64,000 bases of DNA from an uncultured Gemmatimonadaceae bacterium (GTDB taxonomy: Bacteria > Gemmatimonadota > Gemmatimonadetes > Gemmatimonadales > Gemmatimonadaceae), in assembly GCA_963822945.1 (NCBI GenBank), contig CAWGJO010000024.1:123995-187994 (forward strand), given 5' to 3'. Numbering within the stretch: the stretch's first letter is position 1; each line of letters starts with the position of its first letter. Under the pieces are notes generated by a model. It searched no databases. It saw only the letters and a program-made list of their open reading frames with translations, and was not told the origin of the DNA. Position numbers and translations under genes: made by a program. Below, piece after piece: positions 9,053 to 21,608 of this stretch.

Positions 9053-10699
9053 CTACGCCACGGCGTAGTGCTGGGTGACGTCCCGCCCGGCGGTCTTCAC
9101 CACGAGCTTGAACTCGTCGGGCCGGAGGAGTGGATCGTCCCGGATCTCGAGACTGAACCCGACGGTCTTCTCGAGCTTCTTGAGCAGGTCCTTCTCCTCC
9201 TGCAGCACGTACATGGCGACGTCGGGGTGCAGCTTCACCACCATCGGGTCCTTCTTCCCCTCGACGCCCATGCGACGCAGCGAGCGCTCGACGCGCCGCA
9301 CGATGGTCTCGGCGGTGAACACCCGGCCCGTACCCGCGCAGGTGGGGCAGGCCTCGGTCATGTTCTGCAGGTGGCTCTGGCGCACGCGCTGCCGGGTCAT
9401 CTCGATGAGACCGAGTTCACTGACCGCGAACGCCTTGGTGCGTGCCCGGTCGCGGCTCAGGTGATTGCGCAGCTCCTGGAGCACCCGGTCGCGGTTGGCC
9501 TTGGTCTCCATGTCGATGAAGTCGCAGACGATGATCCCGCCGATGTCGCGCAGGCGGATCTGCCGCGCCACCTCTCGTGCCGCTTCGAGGTTGGTGCGCA
9601 GGATCGTCTTCTCCGGATCCTTCTTGCCGGTATACCGTCCCGAGTTCACGTCCACGGACACCAGGGCCTCCGTGGGCTCGATGATCAGATACCCGCCGGC
9701 CGGCAGGTCGCACCGCCGTTTGAACAGATCGCGGATCTCGGGCTCGATCCCGGCCTTGTCGAAGATGCCGGCCGTGTCGTCCCACAATTTGATGCGGTCG
9801 ATGAGGTCGGGGGCGACGCCCTTCAGATAGCCGATGATCTCGTTGTACACCTGCTTCGAATCCACGGACACCTGCTCCACCTTCTCGCTGAACAGGTCGC
9901 GGATCAGCCCGCGCGTGAGGTTCGTCTCGCGGTGGATGAGCGCGGGCGCGCGCACGAAGTGCGTCTTCCGCTTGATGCGCTTCCACTGGCCGATGAGCGT
10001 GTCGAGCTCGCGCTTGAACGTCTCCTTGGTCGCATCCTCGCCCACGGTGCGGGCGATGACACCGCCCGCGTCCTTCGGGAGGACGCTCTCCACCATTTCG
10101 CGCAGCCGGCCGCGCTCGGCGCGATCGCCGATCTTGCGGCTCACTCCCACGCGTGACGCGAACGGCATGAAGACCAGGAACCGCCCGGCCATGGACACCT
10201 GCGCCGTTACGCGTGGGCCCTTGGTGGAGATGGGCTCCTTGGAGATCTGGACGATGATCTCCTGGCCGCGCTTGAGCACGTCCTGAATGGGCGGGGCCTT
10301 GGCCCGCGCCGCCCGGCGGCCCCCGCCGCCGCGACGCCCGCGGCCCCGCGGCCGCGCCTCGGCATTGGCTTCGCCGTTCTCCTCGGCGTACGGGGAGTCC
10401 TCGGACGGCTCGTCGGCCGCGTCGTCCTCGCCATTCTCGTCGGCGTCGTCGTCGTCCGCTTCGCCGTCTTCCGGATACACCAGATCGGACGCGTGCAGGA
10501 ACGCGCTCTTCTCGGTGCCGATGTCGACGAAGGCGGCCTGAATGCCGGGGAGAACCGCTTCTACGCGGCCGAAGTAGATGTCGCCGACCATGCGCCGTGC
10601 TTCCGGCCGGTCGACGAGGAGTTCAACGAGTTGCTCGTCTTCCAGAATCGCAACCCGCGTTTCGCGCGGCGTTGCGTTGATAAGAATTTCGCGTTTCAT
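9053..10699 (-). CDS. Ribonuclease E/G family protein
   Basis: MKREILIN, S1 domain (GIQAAFVDIG), IEPTEALVSVDVNSG, DIGGIIVCDFIDM, CPTC Zn-link. No C-terminal scaffold region. Confidence 0.96.
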   Translation of the reverse strand: MKREILINATPRETRVAILEDEQLVELLVDRPEARRMVGDIYFGRVEAVLPGIQAAFVDIGTEKSAFLHASDLVYPEDGEADDDDADENGEDDAADEPSEDSPYAEENGEANAEARPRGRGRRGGGGRRAARAKAPPIQDVLKRGQEIIVQISKEPISTKGPRVTAQVSMAGRFLVFMPFASRVGVSRKIGDRAERGRLREMVESVLPKDAGGVIARTVGEDATKETFKRELDTLIGQWKRIKRKTHFVRAPALIHRETNLTRGLIRDLFSEKVEQVSVDSKQVYNEIIGYLKGVAPDLIDRIKLWDDTAGIFDKAGIEPEIRDLFKRRCDLPAGGYLIIEPTEALVSVDVNSGRYTGKKDPEKTILRTNLEAAREVARQIRLRDIGGIIVCDFIDMETKANRDRVLQELRNHLSRDRARTKAFAVSELGLIEMTRQRVRQSHLQNMTEACPTCAGTGRVFTAETIVRRVERSLRRMGVEGKKDPMVVKLHPDVAMYVLQEEKDLLKKLEKTVGFSLEIRDDPLLRPDEFKLVVKTAGRDVTQHYAVA

Positions 10700-11153
10700 C
10701 GGGAACCGCCGGCGCTGCTCCGCGCGGCGACTCGGCACGCGGATTGGGGCGGTTGGGGGTGTACGGGGTGGCGGCACGCAGAGACACACGACGGTGTCCG
10801 GCGGCCGAAGCGTGGCTGGGTATCCACCACTCGAGCGGGATCGACCACGCTGAGCCCGGCTGCCGCCGTGCGCCCCGCGCGATGCGCGTGCGCACGTCCA
10901 TCATTCTGGAATACGGCTGCTTCCCACGGGCCAGCATGCGATCGACTTCATGACGGAAGCCGTGCGCCGCGAGGGGGATGGCTGCACAGACGGCGGCCGA
11001 TGCTGCTTCGGCCGCCGCTGCACATCGAGAGCCTCGACCACGCCGCGAGTCGCGCGGCTGTGCCAAGGCGGGAAATACTGAGGAAGTGATCACCGACAGA
11101 ATTACTAGTGCTGAACGGTCGCTTCCGCAAGAGTGGCAAGGACTTACGGACGG

Positions 11154-12372
11154 TCAGTCCAGCAAGTCCTTGAGCAGGTGCCGGGCGATCACGATGCGCT
11201 GGATTTCGGACGTGCCCTCCCCGATCTCACAAATCTTCGCGTCGCGCATCATGCGCTCGATGGGGTAGTCTTTGGTGTAGCCGTACCCGCCATGCAGTTG
11301 CAGCGCCTTGATCGTGGTGCGCATGGCCAGCTCCGAGCAGAAGAGCTTCGCCATCGCCGCCTCCTTGCCGAACGGGCTTCCCGTTCTGCGCCAACCATGC
11401 GGCGTGGAACATCAGGTGCCGGCCGGCCTCGATCTCGGTGGCCATGTCCGACAACTGGAAGTGCACGCCCTGGAACGTGGCGATGGCCTGCCCGAACTGC
11501 TTGCGCACGGTCGTGTACTTGCGCGCCTCTTCGAATGCGCCCTCGGCGATTCCCAACGACAGGGCAGCGATCCCGATGCGTCCCGAGTCGAGCGTGCGCA
11601 TGAAGTTCTTGAAGCCCATGCCCTCTTCCCCGAGGCGATTCTCCGCCGGGACCTCCACGTCCTCCATGATCAGCTCGGCGGTGTCGGAGGCGCGCCAACC
11701 CAGCTTGTCCTCCTTCTTGCCCGCCCGGAATCCCTTCATGGCGGGGAGCGACGGCTCGTGGCCCACGCCGGCGGCCGCGGCGCCCTCGGGGTCGCCGGTG
11801 GGCTTGGTGAGGATGAAGGAGCTGATCCCCTTGGTGCCCTGCCCCGGATTGGTGACCGCGGTGACGACGAAGATTTCACCCACGTGCCCGTGCGTGATGA
11901 ACCGTTTGACGCCGTTGATCACGTACCGGTCGCCTTTCTTCACGGCGGTGGTGCGCGTGCCGCCCGCGTCGCTGCCGGCGTCGGGTTCGGTGAGGCCGAA
12001 TCCGCCCATCACCCGACCGGACGCCAGGAACGGCACGTAGCGCTTCTGCTGCTCCGCGGTGCCGAAGTGAACGATGGGCGACGTGCCGAGGGTGGTGTGC
12101 GCGGAAACCGTGAGTCCGTGCGAGGCGTCGACCTTGGCCAACTCCTCGATCACGATCATGTAGCTGAGCAGGTCGAGTCCGGCGCCGCCGAGTTCCTCGG
12201 ACCACGGCACGCCGAGCAACCCGAGTTCGCCCATGCGCTTGATGTTGGCCCACGGGAAGGTGGCGTCGGCATCGTGCCGCGCGGCCACGGGGGCCACTTC
12301 GTCGCGCGCGAACTCGCGAACCATCTCGCGCACGGCCAGGTGCTGCTCGGAAAAGTAGAGGGCGTCGTCCAT
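11154..12372 (-). CDS. Acyl-CoA dehydrogenase (one frameshift near 11375)
   Basis: [31 protein letters not shown] in one frame; AKLFCSE...GGYGY...[10 protein letters not shown] continues in another. Confidence 0.92.
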
Positions 12373-12377
12373 GTCAA

Positions 12378-14232
<1,855 letters not shown>

Positions 14233-14292
14233 GCGCGCACGCTAGGCGCCGCGCCGGCGGCGGGCATCATCGAAACCGGGCGCGTGGCGCCC

Positions 14293-16782
14293 TTACACGG
14301 CACGAGTAAAATGTCCGCGCGTGAAGGAAGCGCCCACCAGTTCGCGCACCGGGGAACGGACCGCCGTCCTGCCGTGGTCCAGTGCGTCCAGTGTCTCGCG
14401 ATAGCCTCTCACGATCTCGCCCACCGGGTCGCCGGCCACGTTGAACACGGCCCGGAACGAGCGAATGCCCGCTTCCCAGAGGCGTGGCACGAACTCCGAG
14501 CCCTCGATCGGGCGCGAGTGCAGCAGCCGGTTGCGGCAGGCGGAATCGGTGGCCACGGGGAACGCGTATCCCGTGGGGTCGGTGAGTTGCACGTTGACGT
14601 GCTTCTGCACGCACAGATCGCGACAGGTGGTGGGCTCGCGTTCGAATGCGGCCGAGAGCACGCAGTGTTCGAGCGTCATGCCCTCGGGCCGTCCGTAAAC
14701 GAAGACTTCGAAACCGCGCCCCTCCCAGGGCGCCACCAGTTGACGGATCTCGTCGAGCGTCAGTTCCACCGATGCGGTGAGACGGCGGGCGCCAAGCCGG
14801 AATATCTCGGCCGCGGTATGCTGGTTCATCACGTTCACCGCATAGTCGGCGGTGACGTCGACTCCGGCGCGCGAAAGCTCGGCCACCAGTCCCAGGTGCC
14901 CCGACTGCACGGGGAGTCCGAGATCGAGCCACTTCTGCACGGTCGCCCTTTCTTCCGGGCGCACGATGGTCGGCGTGCGGAGCCGGAGCGAGATCCCGTC
15001 GCCCGCCAGCCGTTCGTGCAGCGCCCGGACCCTGGCCTTGGGCGGCGCCGGGTGGCGAAGGAACGGATCGAACACGATCTCCGTGGCGCCGGCCTGCGCG
15101 GCCGCCTCCGCATCGCCGAGGTCGAACACCTCGGCCACCAGCCGGAACCGCGGCTCATCCCCCGCCGGGGACGCCACGACGGAGAGGTCCGCTAACGCCG
15201 CCTCCACGTGCGCACGGCGCTCCGTCTCGGCCGCGTGCCGCGCCCAATCGCGTCGCTGCATCAGCTCGTCCACCGCCCGCTGACGCAGGTGGTTGAGTTC
15301 GCTCACGGGCAGGAACAGCCCGGGCGCGAGCCCTGCATCGTCCAGCGCCGAGAGGGCGAACGGCGTCTCGCCCAATCGCCCGAATTGCTCGCGGAGAAGG
15401 TGGCGGTCGAGGGGACGCTTGCTGGCCGGCGAGAGCGTGGCCTGGCTCTGCACGGTGACCGACTCGCCGCCGCTCACGAATGTGGCTTTGAGCGGAGACC
15501 CGGCCGAGCCGAACACGCGCGCATCGAGGCGCACCTTGTGCGCGCGGACGTGCGCCGGCAGCGCGGCGTACGATTCGCGAGCCCGATTCAGCAGCGCTGC
15601 TTCGGAGGTGCGGAATACCTTCCAGCCCGGCTGCACCCGTACCGGCACCGCAATCGCCTGCCGGATTCGGCCGCCAGCCGACAAGGTGCGAACCGCCGTC
15701 ACGGTGCCGCCTGCCGACGCACCGCCACGCCCTTCGGGTGCCTCGAATCCCACCCCGTCGCCCGGTTCGATGGGCGCCGAGACCTCGACCACGATCTCTC
15801 CGCGCCCCAGTTCGAGCACCGTGCCGAGCAGCGCCCCGCGGTTGTCGGGCTGCGTGCGGGTGACGTAGTCCCGTCCCGCCCGCCCCCCGTACATGCCACC
15901 GGTAAATCCGCGGCTGAAGATCTGGACCAGCGGCTGCACTTCCGAGGCGTCCGGGAGCGTGCGGTCGCCCCGCGCGATGCGGTCGAGGAAACCGCGGTAC
16001 GTACTCGTCACGGTGGCGACGTACTCGGGCTTCTTCTTCCGGCCCTCCACCTTCAGGCAGGCGATGCCCGCATCGGCGATCTCGGGCAGGTGGTCGTGCG
16101 CCGCCAGATCGCGGGCCGAGATCAGGTAGCCGCGGTCCAACTCCCGGCCGTCGGCGACATCCGTGAGCACGTAGTCCTTGCGGCACGACTGCGCGCACGA
16201 GCCGCGATTGGCGCTCCGCTCCGAGATCATCCCCGACATGTAGCACTGACCGGAGTACGAGATGCAGAGCGCGCCGTGCACGAACGACTCCAGTCCCAGA
16301 TCGGGCACGGCGGCGCGAATGCTCCGGATGTCGTCGAGCGTATTCTCGCGGGCCAGCACCACGCGGTGCACCCCCAGTTCGTGGAGCACCGCGGCGCCCG
16401 CCGCATCGTGCACGGTCATCTGCGTGGACCCGTGGATCTCGAGCTGCGGGTACACACGCTGGATGAGCCGGATGGCGCCGATGTCCTGCACGATCGCGGC
16501 GTCGATGCCGCGGTCCACCGCCTCCCCGAGGAAGAGCAGCGACTCCACCAACTCGTGCGGCTTGAACAGGATGTTGAAGGTCAGGTAGATGCGGCGCCCA
16601 CGCTCGTGGGCCAGCCGGCACGCCTGCTCCACGTCGTCCAGCGAGAGTTGCGCCCCCTCATCGCGCGCGTTCCATCGCTCGGCGCCCAGGTACACCGAGT
16701 CGGCGCCGTTGGCCAATGCGGCGCGCACGGCGTCGAGCGAGCCCGCCGGGGCGAGCAGTTCGGGGATCGGGGTGGCGGGCAT
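14293..16782 (-). CDS. U32 family protein with DUF3656-like region (RlhA-like RNA hydroxylation protein)
   Basis: PELLAPAG, ESFVHGALCISYSGQC...NRGSCAQSCR, LKVEGR; second degenerate U32-like domain at the C-terminus. Confidence 0.9.
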   Translation of the reverse strand: MPATPIPELLAPAGSLDAVRAALANGADSVYLGAERWNARDEGAQLSLDDVEQACRLAHERGRRIYLTFNILFKPHELVESLLFLGEAVDRGIDAAIVQDIGAIRLIQRVYPQLEIHGSTQMTVHDAAGAAVLHELGVHRVVLARENTLDDIRSIRAAVPDLGLESFVHGALCISYSGQCYMSGMISERSANRGSCAQSCRKDYVLTDVADGRELDRGYLISARDLAAHDHLPEIADAGIACLKVEGRKKKPEYVATVTSTYRGFLDRIARGDRTLPDASEVQPLVQIFSRGFTGGMYGGRAGRDYVTRTQPDNRGALLGTVLELGRGEIVVEVSAPIEPGDGVGFEAPEGRGGASAGGTVTAVRTLSAGGRIRQAIAVPVRVQPGWKVFRTSEAALLNRARESYAALPAHVRAHKVRLDARVFGSAGSPLKATFVSGGESVTVQSQATLSPASKRPLDRHLLREQFGRLGETPFALSALDDAGLAPGLFLPVSELNHLRQRAVDELMQRRDWARHAAETERRAHVEAALADLSVVASPAGDEPRFRLVAEVFDLGDAEAAAQAGATEIVFDPFLRHPAPPKARVRALHERLAGDGISLRLRTPTIVRPEERATVQKWLDLGLPVQSGHLGLVAELSRAGVDVTADYAVNVMNQHTAAEIFRLGARRLTASVELTLDEIRQLVAPWEGRGFEVFVYGRPEGMTLEHCVLSAAFEREPTTCRDLCVQKHVNVQLTDPTGYAFPVATDSACRNRLLHSRPIEGSEFVPRLWEAGIRSFRAVFNVAGDPVGEIVRGYRETLDALDHGRTAVRSPVRELVGASFTRGHFTRAV

Positions 16783-16814
16783 GTGCGCAACCTAGCGGCT
16801 CCGGCCCGCCCCCT

Positions 16815-17018
16815 CTACGGGCCGCGGCTTCCGGTATCGCCGCCGCGGCCGTCGATCCGGTCGCGCACCGAGCGGGGAGCAGCCGCAACGCCACCGCCAC
16901 GACCAGCACCCCCATGCCCGCCAAGCGCAGGTGCGCGTTGTCGATGCGGGCGCCGTACCCCCACACGACGATGCCTACCGCCGCCAGATGCGACCTTGAT
17001 GAGCGCGAGCCGGGTCAA
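16815..17018 (-). CDS. Small 2-TM hypothetical protein (two compensating frameshifts)
   Basis: TTGA overlap with the upstream stop. Reconstructs as MTRLALIKVA/LAAVGIVVWGYGARIDNAHLRLAGMGVLVVAVALRLLP/RSVRDRIDGRGGDTGSRGP. Confidence 0.5.
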   Translation of the reverse strand: MTRLALIKVASGGGRHRRVGVRRPHRQRAPALGGHGGAGRGGGVAAAPRSVRDRIDGRGGDTGSRGP

Positions 17019-17368
17019 GCCGCCGCCGGGAGCCCCAACGGCTTGGCCTCCGCGTCCGGCACGTCGAGCACCAGGCGGAGGAGCGCCGTGGAATACACCT
17101 TCCCCTGCGCATCGGTCTGGAGCGACAGGGTGCCGCCCCCGTCCAGCGCCCCGTGCAGCAGGAAGTTCAGGGCATGGAGGTTGGGCAGCTCGAACCGTTC
17201 GACCGGGCCATCGATGAGGCCGCGAAAGTGTTCGGCCACGCGGTCCCGGGTGAGGTACTTCACCAGCACGGGATACCATTCGGGCTTCAGCGCAATGACG
17301 CCGACGTTCGCGGTGTCGCCCTTGTCGCCCGACCGGGCGTGCGCGATGTCGAGAAGGCGGACGTGCAT
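17015..17368 (-). CDS. AtuA-related small protein (C-terminal AtuA-like domain)
   Basis: LLDIAHARSGDKGD...VERFELPNLHALNF...SLQTDAQGK. Confidence 0.85.
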   Translation of the reverse strand: MHVRLLDIAHARSGDKGDTANVGVIALKPEWYPVLVKYLTRDRVAEHFRGLIDGPVERFELPNLHALNFLLHGALDGGGTLSLQTDAQGKVYSTALLRLVLDVPDAEAKPLGLPAAA

Positions 17369-18729
17369 CAGAGGATCTCCACGTGGGTCTGGACCACGCG
17401 CTTGTCGATGAGCGCCGGCCAGTAGGCGACGATCTCCTCCACCTTGGGACGGCCGGCGGCGAAGCCCGTGACGCTCGGTGGACCGTTGAGCACCAGCGGC
17501 ACGATCTCACGGGTGAAGCGTTCGACCATGGCCCGGTCGTGGCCGCGCACGCCGATGCGGTACTGCACTTCGGGCGCATCCCGGCCGGCGTCGCCCGCCA
17601 GCCGGCCGTGGGTGGCCGAGGCCCCGACGAACTCGCTCAGAATGTGGTCGAACTTGAGGCCAAGCCGGTCGAGCCGTTCACGCAACACGCGATCGGCGAG
17701 CTGCGCCTTCTCCAGCGCATCCGGCCACGCGTACACCAGCGAGCCCACCGCCTTGTACCCGTCGCGATAGGCGATGGACACCTTCAGCTTGTCGGTGGCT
17801 TCGCGTCCCTGGATGCCGAATACGCGCACGCGATTGTCGCCCGCCTGTTCCAGGTGGATGCTGGAGAAGTCGGCAATGACGTCGGGGGTGATGTACGAGT
17901 GCGGGTCGCCCATCTCGTAGACGAGCTGTTCCGACACCGAGGGCACGTTGATCCAGCCGCCGGTGTTCGGATGCTTCGTGACGAAGAAGCTGCCGTCGGG
18001 ATGCCCCTCGATGATCGGGTAGCCGACGTTGGCCAGGTCCGGGACCTCGCGCCAGTTGTAGAGGCAGTTGCCGCCCGAGCACTGGGCGCCGCATTCGATG
18101 ATGTGCCCGGCGATGATCCCGGCGGCGAGGCGGTTCCAGTCGTCGGCCTTCCAGCCGAACTCGAAGCGTAGCGGCGCCATGGTGAGCGCGGTGTCGGTGG
18201 AGCGCCCGGTGATGACGATGTTGGCGCCGCGCGAGAGCGCCTCGACGATCGGCACGGAGCCGATGTAGGCATTGGCCGACAGCACGCGGTCGCGGACGGT
18301 GCTCAGCGGCTCGCCCGTTTCCATGTGCGTCAGCGCGTGCCCGTCGGCGATCAGATCGTCGAGCCGCGGGAGCAGATCGTCGCCGGTGATGACGCCGATG
18401 TGCACCTTCTCGGCCGCGCCCGACTTTCCCGCCACGGCCCGCACCGCTTCGGCGCACGCCGGCGGGTTCACGCCGCCCGCGTTGGCGATCACGCGCACGC
18501 CGCGTTCGGTCACGGCGGGCATGACGCTCTCCATGGCGCCCACGAAGTCGCGGGCGTAGCCCATCTTCGGGTCGCGTTCCTTCTGCTTCTGCAGAATGGA
18601 CATCGTGACCTCGGCCAGATAGTCGAGCATCAGGTAGTCCACGGGGCCGCCTTCCACCTGGCGCCGCGGAGCTTCCAGCCAATCGCCCCAGAATCCCTGC
18701 CCCGATGCGACACGGACTATGTCTTTCAT
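17368..18729 (-). CDS. Acyclic terpene utilization AtuA family protein (DUF1446)
   Basis: [43 protein letters not shown] motifs. Confidence 0.92.
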   Translation of the reverse strand: MKDIVRVASGQGFWGDWLEAPRRQVEGGPVDYLMLDYLAEVTMSILQKQKERDPKMGYARDFVGAMESVMPAVTERGVRVIANAGGVNPPACAEAVRAVAGKSGAAEKVHIGVITGDDLLPRLDDLIADGHALTHMETGEPLSTVRDRVLSANAYIGSVPIVEALSRGANIVITGRSTDTALTMAPLRFEFGWKADDWNRLAAGIIAGHIIECGAQCSGGNCLYNWREVPDLANVGYPIIEGHPDGSFFVTKHPNTGGWINVPSVSEQLVYEMGDPHSYITPDVIADFSSIHLEQAGDNRVRVFGIQGREATDKLKVSIAYRDGYKAVGSLVYAWPDALEKAQLADRVLRERLDRLGLKFDHILSEFVGASATHGRLAGDAGRDAPEVQYRIGVRGHDRAMVERFTREIVPLVLNGPPSVTGFAAGRPKVEEIVAYWPALIDKRVVQTHVEIL

Positions 18730-20336
18730 GATTCGTCGAAGTGTGCGGGAAGTACGAATGCCCCGAGATGCGGCCCGGAATTCTGGGCCGCCGCGCGCAG
18801 CGCGAGGGCGAGGGTGTGCCGCGTGTCCTCGGGATACACGATGGCGTCGATGTATCCGCGGGCACCGGCGTACTTGGCGTCGAGCTGGTGTTCGTAGTCG
18901 GCGCGCATTTCCTCCATCGAGTCGGCCACCTCGGCCGCCGGCTCCTTGCCGGCCGCCCGGGCCGCCTCGATGGCGGGGCCGTGCACGGCCTGCACCGCGG
19001 CCTCGCCTTCCATCACCCCCATGCGGCCGCTGGGCCAGCTGAAGATGAAGTCGGGATCGAAGCCCTGTCCGGCCATGGCGTAGTAGCCCGCTCCCGACGC
19101 GTGGTTCACGGTGAGCACGATTTTGGGCACGCGCGCGGTGGCCATCGCCTCCACGAACCGCGCGCCGGCGCGGATGATGCCCTCGTGCTCGGCGTCGGGA
19201 CCAACCATGAAGCCCGACACGTCCTGCACGAACAGGATCGGAATGCGCTGCCGGTTACACCGGTCGATGAAGTAGGCCACCTTCTCGGCGCTTTCGGCGT
19301 ACACGATGCCGCCGAATCGGGGGCGTTCGCCGGCGCGTCCCTTGATGAGCCCACGCTGGTTGGCGATGATGCCGACCGGAATGCCCTCGATGCGCGCGTC
19401 GCCGCAGATCATCTCGCGGGCGAGTCCCTGCTGGAACTCGTCGATGCGCCCGCCGTCCAGGATAGCCTTGAGTATCTCGTGCATGTCGTACGACATGCGG
19501 TGGTCGGAGGGCAGCAGTTCGTAGAGCGTGGCCGGGTCGGCGGTGGGCGACTCCGGTTCGGGCCACGCCGGCAACGCAGGGCGCGGGAGCACCGCCACGA
19601 GATCCCGCAGCTTCTCGAGCCCGGCGGCGTCGTGGGGCACCTTGTAGTGCGCCACGCCGCTGATCTCGGTGTGCGTGGTGGCGCCGCCGAGCGTCTCGCC
19701 GTCGATCACCTGTCCCGTGGCGCCCTTCACGAGGTTGGGACCGCCGAGTCCCATGAACGACGTGCCCTCCACCATCACGATCGTGTCGGAGAGCGCCGGC
19801 AGGTAGGCGCCGCCGGCGATGCACGGCCCCATGACCGCGGCCAACTGCGGCACGTGCAGGTAGTGCCGCATGATCGAGTTGTAGTAGAAGATGCGGCTGG
19901 CGCCGTACTGCCCCGGGAAGACGCCCCCCTGATAGGGCAGGTTCACTCCGGAGGAGTCCACCAGATAGATGATGGGAATCCGGCAGCGCATGGCGATCTC
20001 CTGCGCCCGGAGCATCTTGCGGATCGTTTCGGGCCACCAGGAGCCGGCCTTCACCGTGGCATCGTTGGCGACGATCACCGTCTCGCGTCCCTCCACGATG
20101 CCGATACCCGTGACGACGCCGGCGCCCGGCGCCTGGCCGTCGTACTGATCGTAGGCCACCAGCAGACCAACCTCGACGAACGCGGTGTCGGGGTCGCACA
20201 GTTTCGCGACCCGTTCGCGTGCCGTGAGTTTCCCCTGCTTGTGCTGCCGCGCGATCTTGTCGGGCCCACCGCCCTCACGAAGCCGGTCTTCGAGTTCGCG
20301 CAGCGCGTCGCTCAGCGCCCGCAGCCGCGACGTCAC
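18726..20336 (-). CDS. Acyl-CoA carboxylase carboxyltransferase (methylcrotonyl-CoA carboxylase beta-like)
   Basis: [49 protein letters not shown] overlap start. Confidence 0.9.
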   Translation of the reverse strand: MTSRLRALSDALRELEDRLREGGGPDKIARQHKQGKLTARERVAKLCDPDTAFVEVGLLVAYDQYDGQAPGAGVVTGIGIVEGRETVIVANDATVKAGSWWPETIRKMLRAQEIAMRCRIPIIYLVDSSGVNLPYQGGVFPGQYGASRIFYYNSIMRHYLHVPQLAAVMGPCIAGGAYLPALSDTIVMVEGTSFMGLGGPNLVKGATGQVIDGETLGGATTHTEISGVAHYKVPHDAAGLEKLRDLVAVLPRPALPAWPEPESPTADPATLYELLPSDHRMSYDMHEILKAILDGGRIDEFQQGLAREMICGDARIEGIPVGIIANQRGLIKGRAGERPRFGGIVYAESAEKVAYFIDRCNRQRIPILFVQDVSGFMVGPDAEHEGIIRAGARFVEAMATARVPKIVLTVNHASGAGYYAMAGQGFDPDFIFSWPSGRMGVMEGEAAVQAVHGPAIEAARAAGKEPAAEVADSMEEMRADYEHQLDAKYAGARGYIDAIVYPEDTRHTLALALRAAAQNSGPHLGAFVLPAHFDES

Positions 20337-20743
20337 GCTTCCTGCCGCGATCGCTCTTCGAACCACGTCCGGATGTAGTCGACGAGGTCCGAGGTTGGCG
20401 TTCCGGGGCCGAACAGCTCCCCGACTCCCTGGGCGCGCAGCGCGTCCATGTCTTCCTTGGGGATGATCCCGCCGCCGGTGACCAGAATGTCGTCGCGCCC
20501 CTGCTCCCGCAGCAGCTCCTTCACGCGCGGGAAGAGCGTCATGTGGGCGCCGCTGAGAATGGACAGCCCGACGACGTCCACGTCTTCCTGGATGGCGGCG
20601 TTGGCGATCATTTCCGGTGTCTGGTGCAGACCGGTGTAGATGACTTCCATGCCTGCGTCCCGGAGAGCCGCGGCGACCACTTTGGCGCCGCGGTCATGAC
20701 CGTCCAGACCGGGTTTGGCAACGAGCACTCGGATGGGGCGCAT
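20333..20743 (-). CDS. Cobalamin-binding small subunit of an acyl-CoA mutase
   Basis: [10 protein letters not shown] (DxHxxG), SILSGAH, GGIIP. Confidence 0.96.
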   Translation of the reverse strand: MRPIRVLVAKPGLDGHDRGAKVVAAALRDAGMEVIYTGLHQTPEMIANAAIQEDVDVVGLSILSGAHMTLFPRVKELLREQGRDDILVTGGGIIPKEDMDALRAQGVGELFGPGTPTSDLVDYIRTWFEERSRQEA

Positions 20744-20803
20744 GGACAGCGTGGGTCAGAGGTTCACCGGCGCCGATGGGAGGCACCGGCGTCCGCAGTC
20801 AAG

Positions 20804-21589
20804 CTAGCGGGCGCGTTGCCGCGGGGGCAACTCGTGCTTGCGCGCCACGAGCAGCATCTCGCCGGACCGCCGGCCGAGGGGGCGCTGGCTCCACCCGTCC
20901 CACGCCGCCTCCACGATCAGGCCCGAGCGGGCCATGAGATCGGCGAGCGCCGTGGGTGTGTACAGGCGGATGCGGTGCGCCCGCTCGCCCGACCCGTGCG
21001 GACCGTACCAGTTGGAAGTCACGGTGAGGATCCCCGACAGGGGATCGAAATCACGCTCCTGCCCCACCAGCGTCCCGTCGGAGGTTCGCCACCAGTCACG
21101 GGCCAGGAACCGGGCCATCACGCCGTCGCGGTTGCCGCCGTGCCACAGGAGCACGGCGCCGGGTTTCAGCACGCGGGCGAACTCGGCGATGGTGCGTGCG
21201 TCATCGGCGGGTTCGGTGAAGAAGCCGAACGACGTGAACAGATTCACCACCGCGTCGAACCGGCCGGTCCACCGGGCGGGCAGCTTCCGCATGTCGCCGT
21301 GGTGGTAGCGCAGACTCGGGCCGGTTCCTCTGGCGCGGGCCCGGGCCAGCAGGTCGCGCGAGTAGTCGAGCCCGTCCACGCGGTAGCCGGCCTCGGCCAG
21401 GAGATGGGCATGCCGCCCCTGGCCGCACGGGACGTCGAGCACGCGGGCGCCAACGGGTAGTCCCAGCAATTCGACCACACGCGTGACGTCCTGCCGGGCG
21501 CGTTCGGGCGTGAAGATCGGTTCGTATTCGAGCAGGTACTGCGCGTCGAAGTAGTCGCGCCACCACTCGGAGGATTTCTTTCGAGGCAC
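20804..21589 (-). CDS. Class I SAM-dependent methyltransferase
   Basis: VLDVPCGQGRH, GDMR, FDAVVNLFTSFG, LKPG. Confidence 0.9.
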   Translation of the reverse strand: MPRKKSSEWWRDYFDAQYLLEYEPIFTPERARQDVTRVVELLGLPVGARVLDVPCGQGRHAHLLAEAGYRVDGLDYSRDLLARARARGTGPSLRYHHGDMRKLPARWTGRFDAVVNLFTSFGFFTEPADDARTIAEFARVLKPGAVLLWHGGNRDGVMARFLARDWWRTSDGTLVGQERDFDPLSGILTVTSNWYGPHGSGERAHRIRLYTPTALADLMARSGLIVEAAWDGWSQRPLGRRSGEMLLVARKHELPPRQRAR

Positions 21590-21608
21590 TCCGAAAGGTA
21601 GTCAGGCG

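Noticed and set aside
10912..10936. SRP (4.5S) RNA-like GGAAGCAGCC on the minus strand
   Set aside because: It lacks the CAGG strand and GNRA tetraloop of SRP domain IV, so I treat it as part of the RNase leader.
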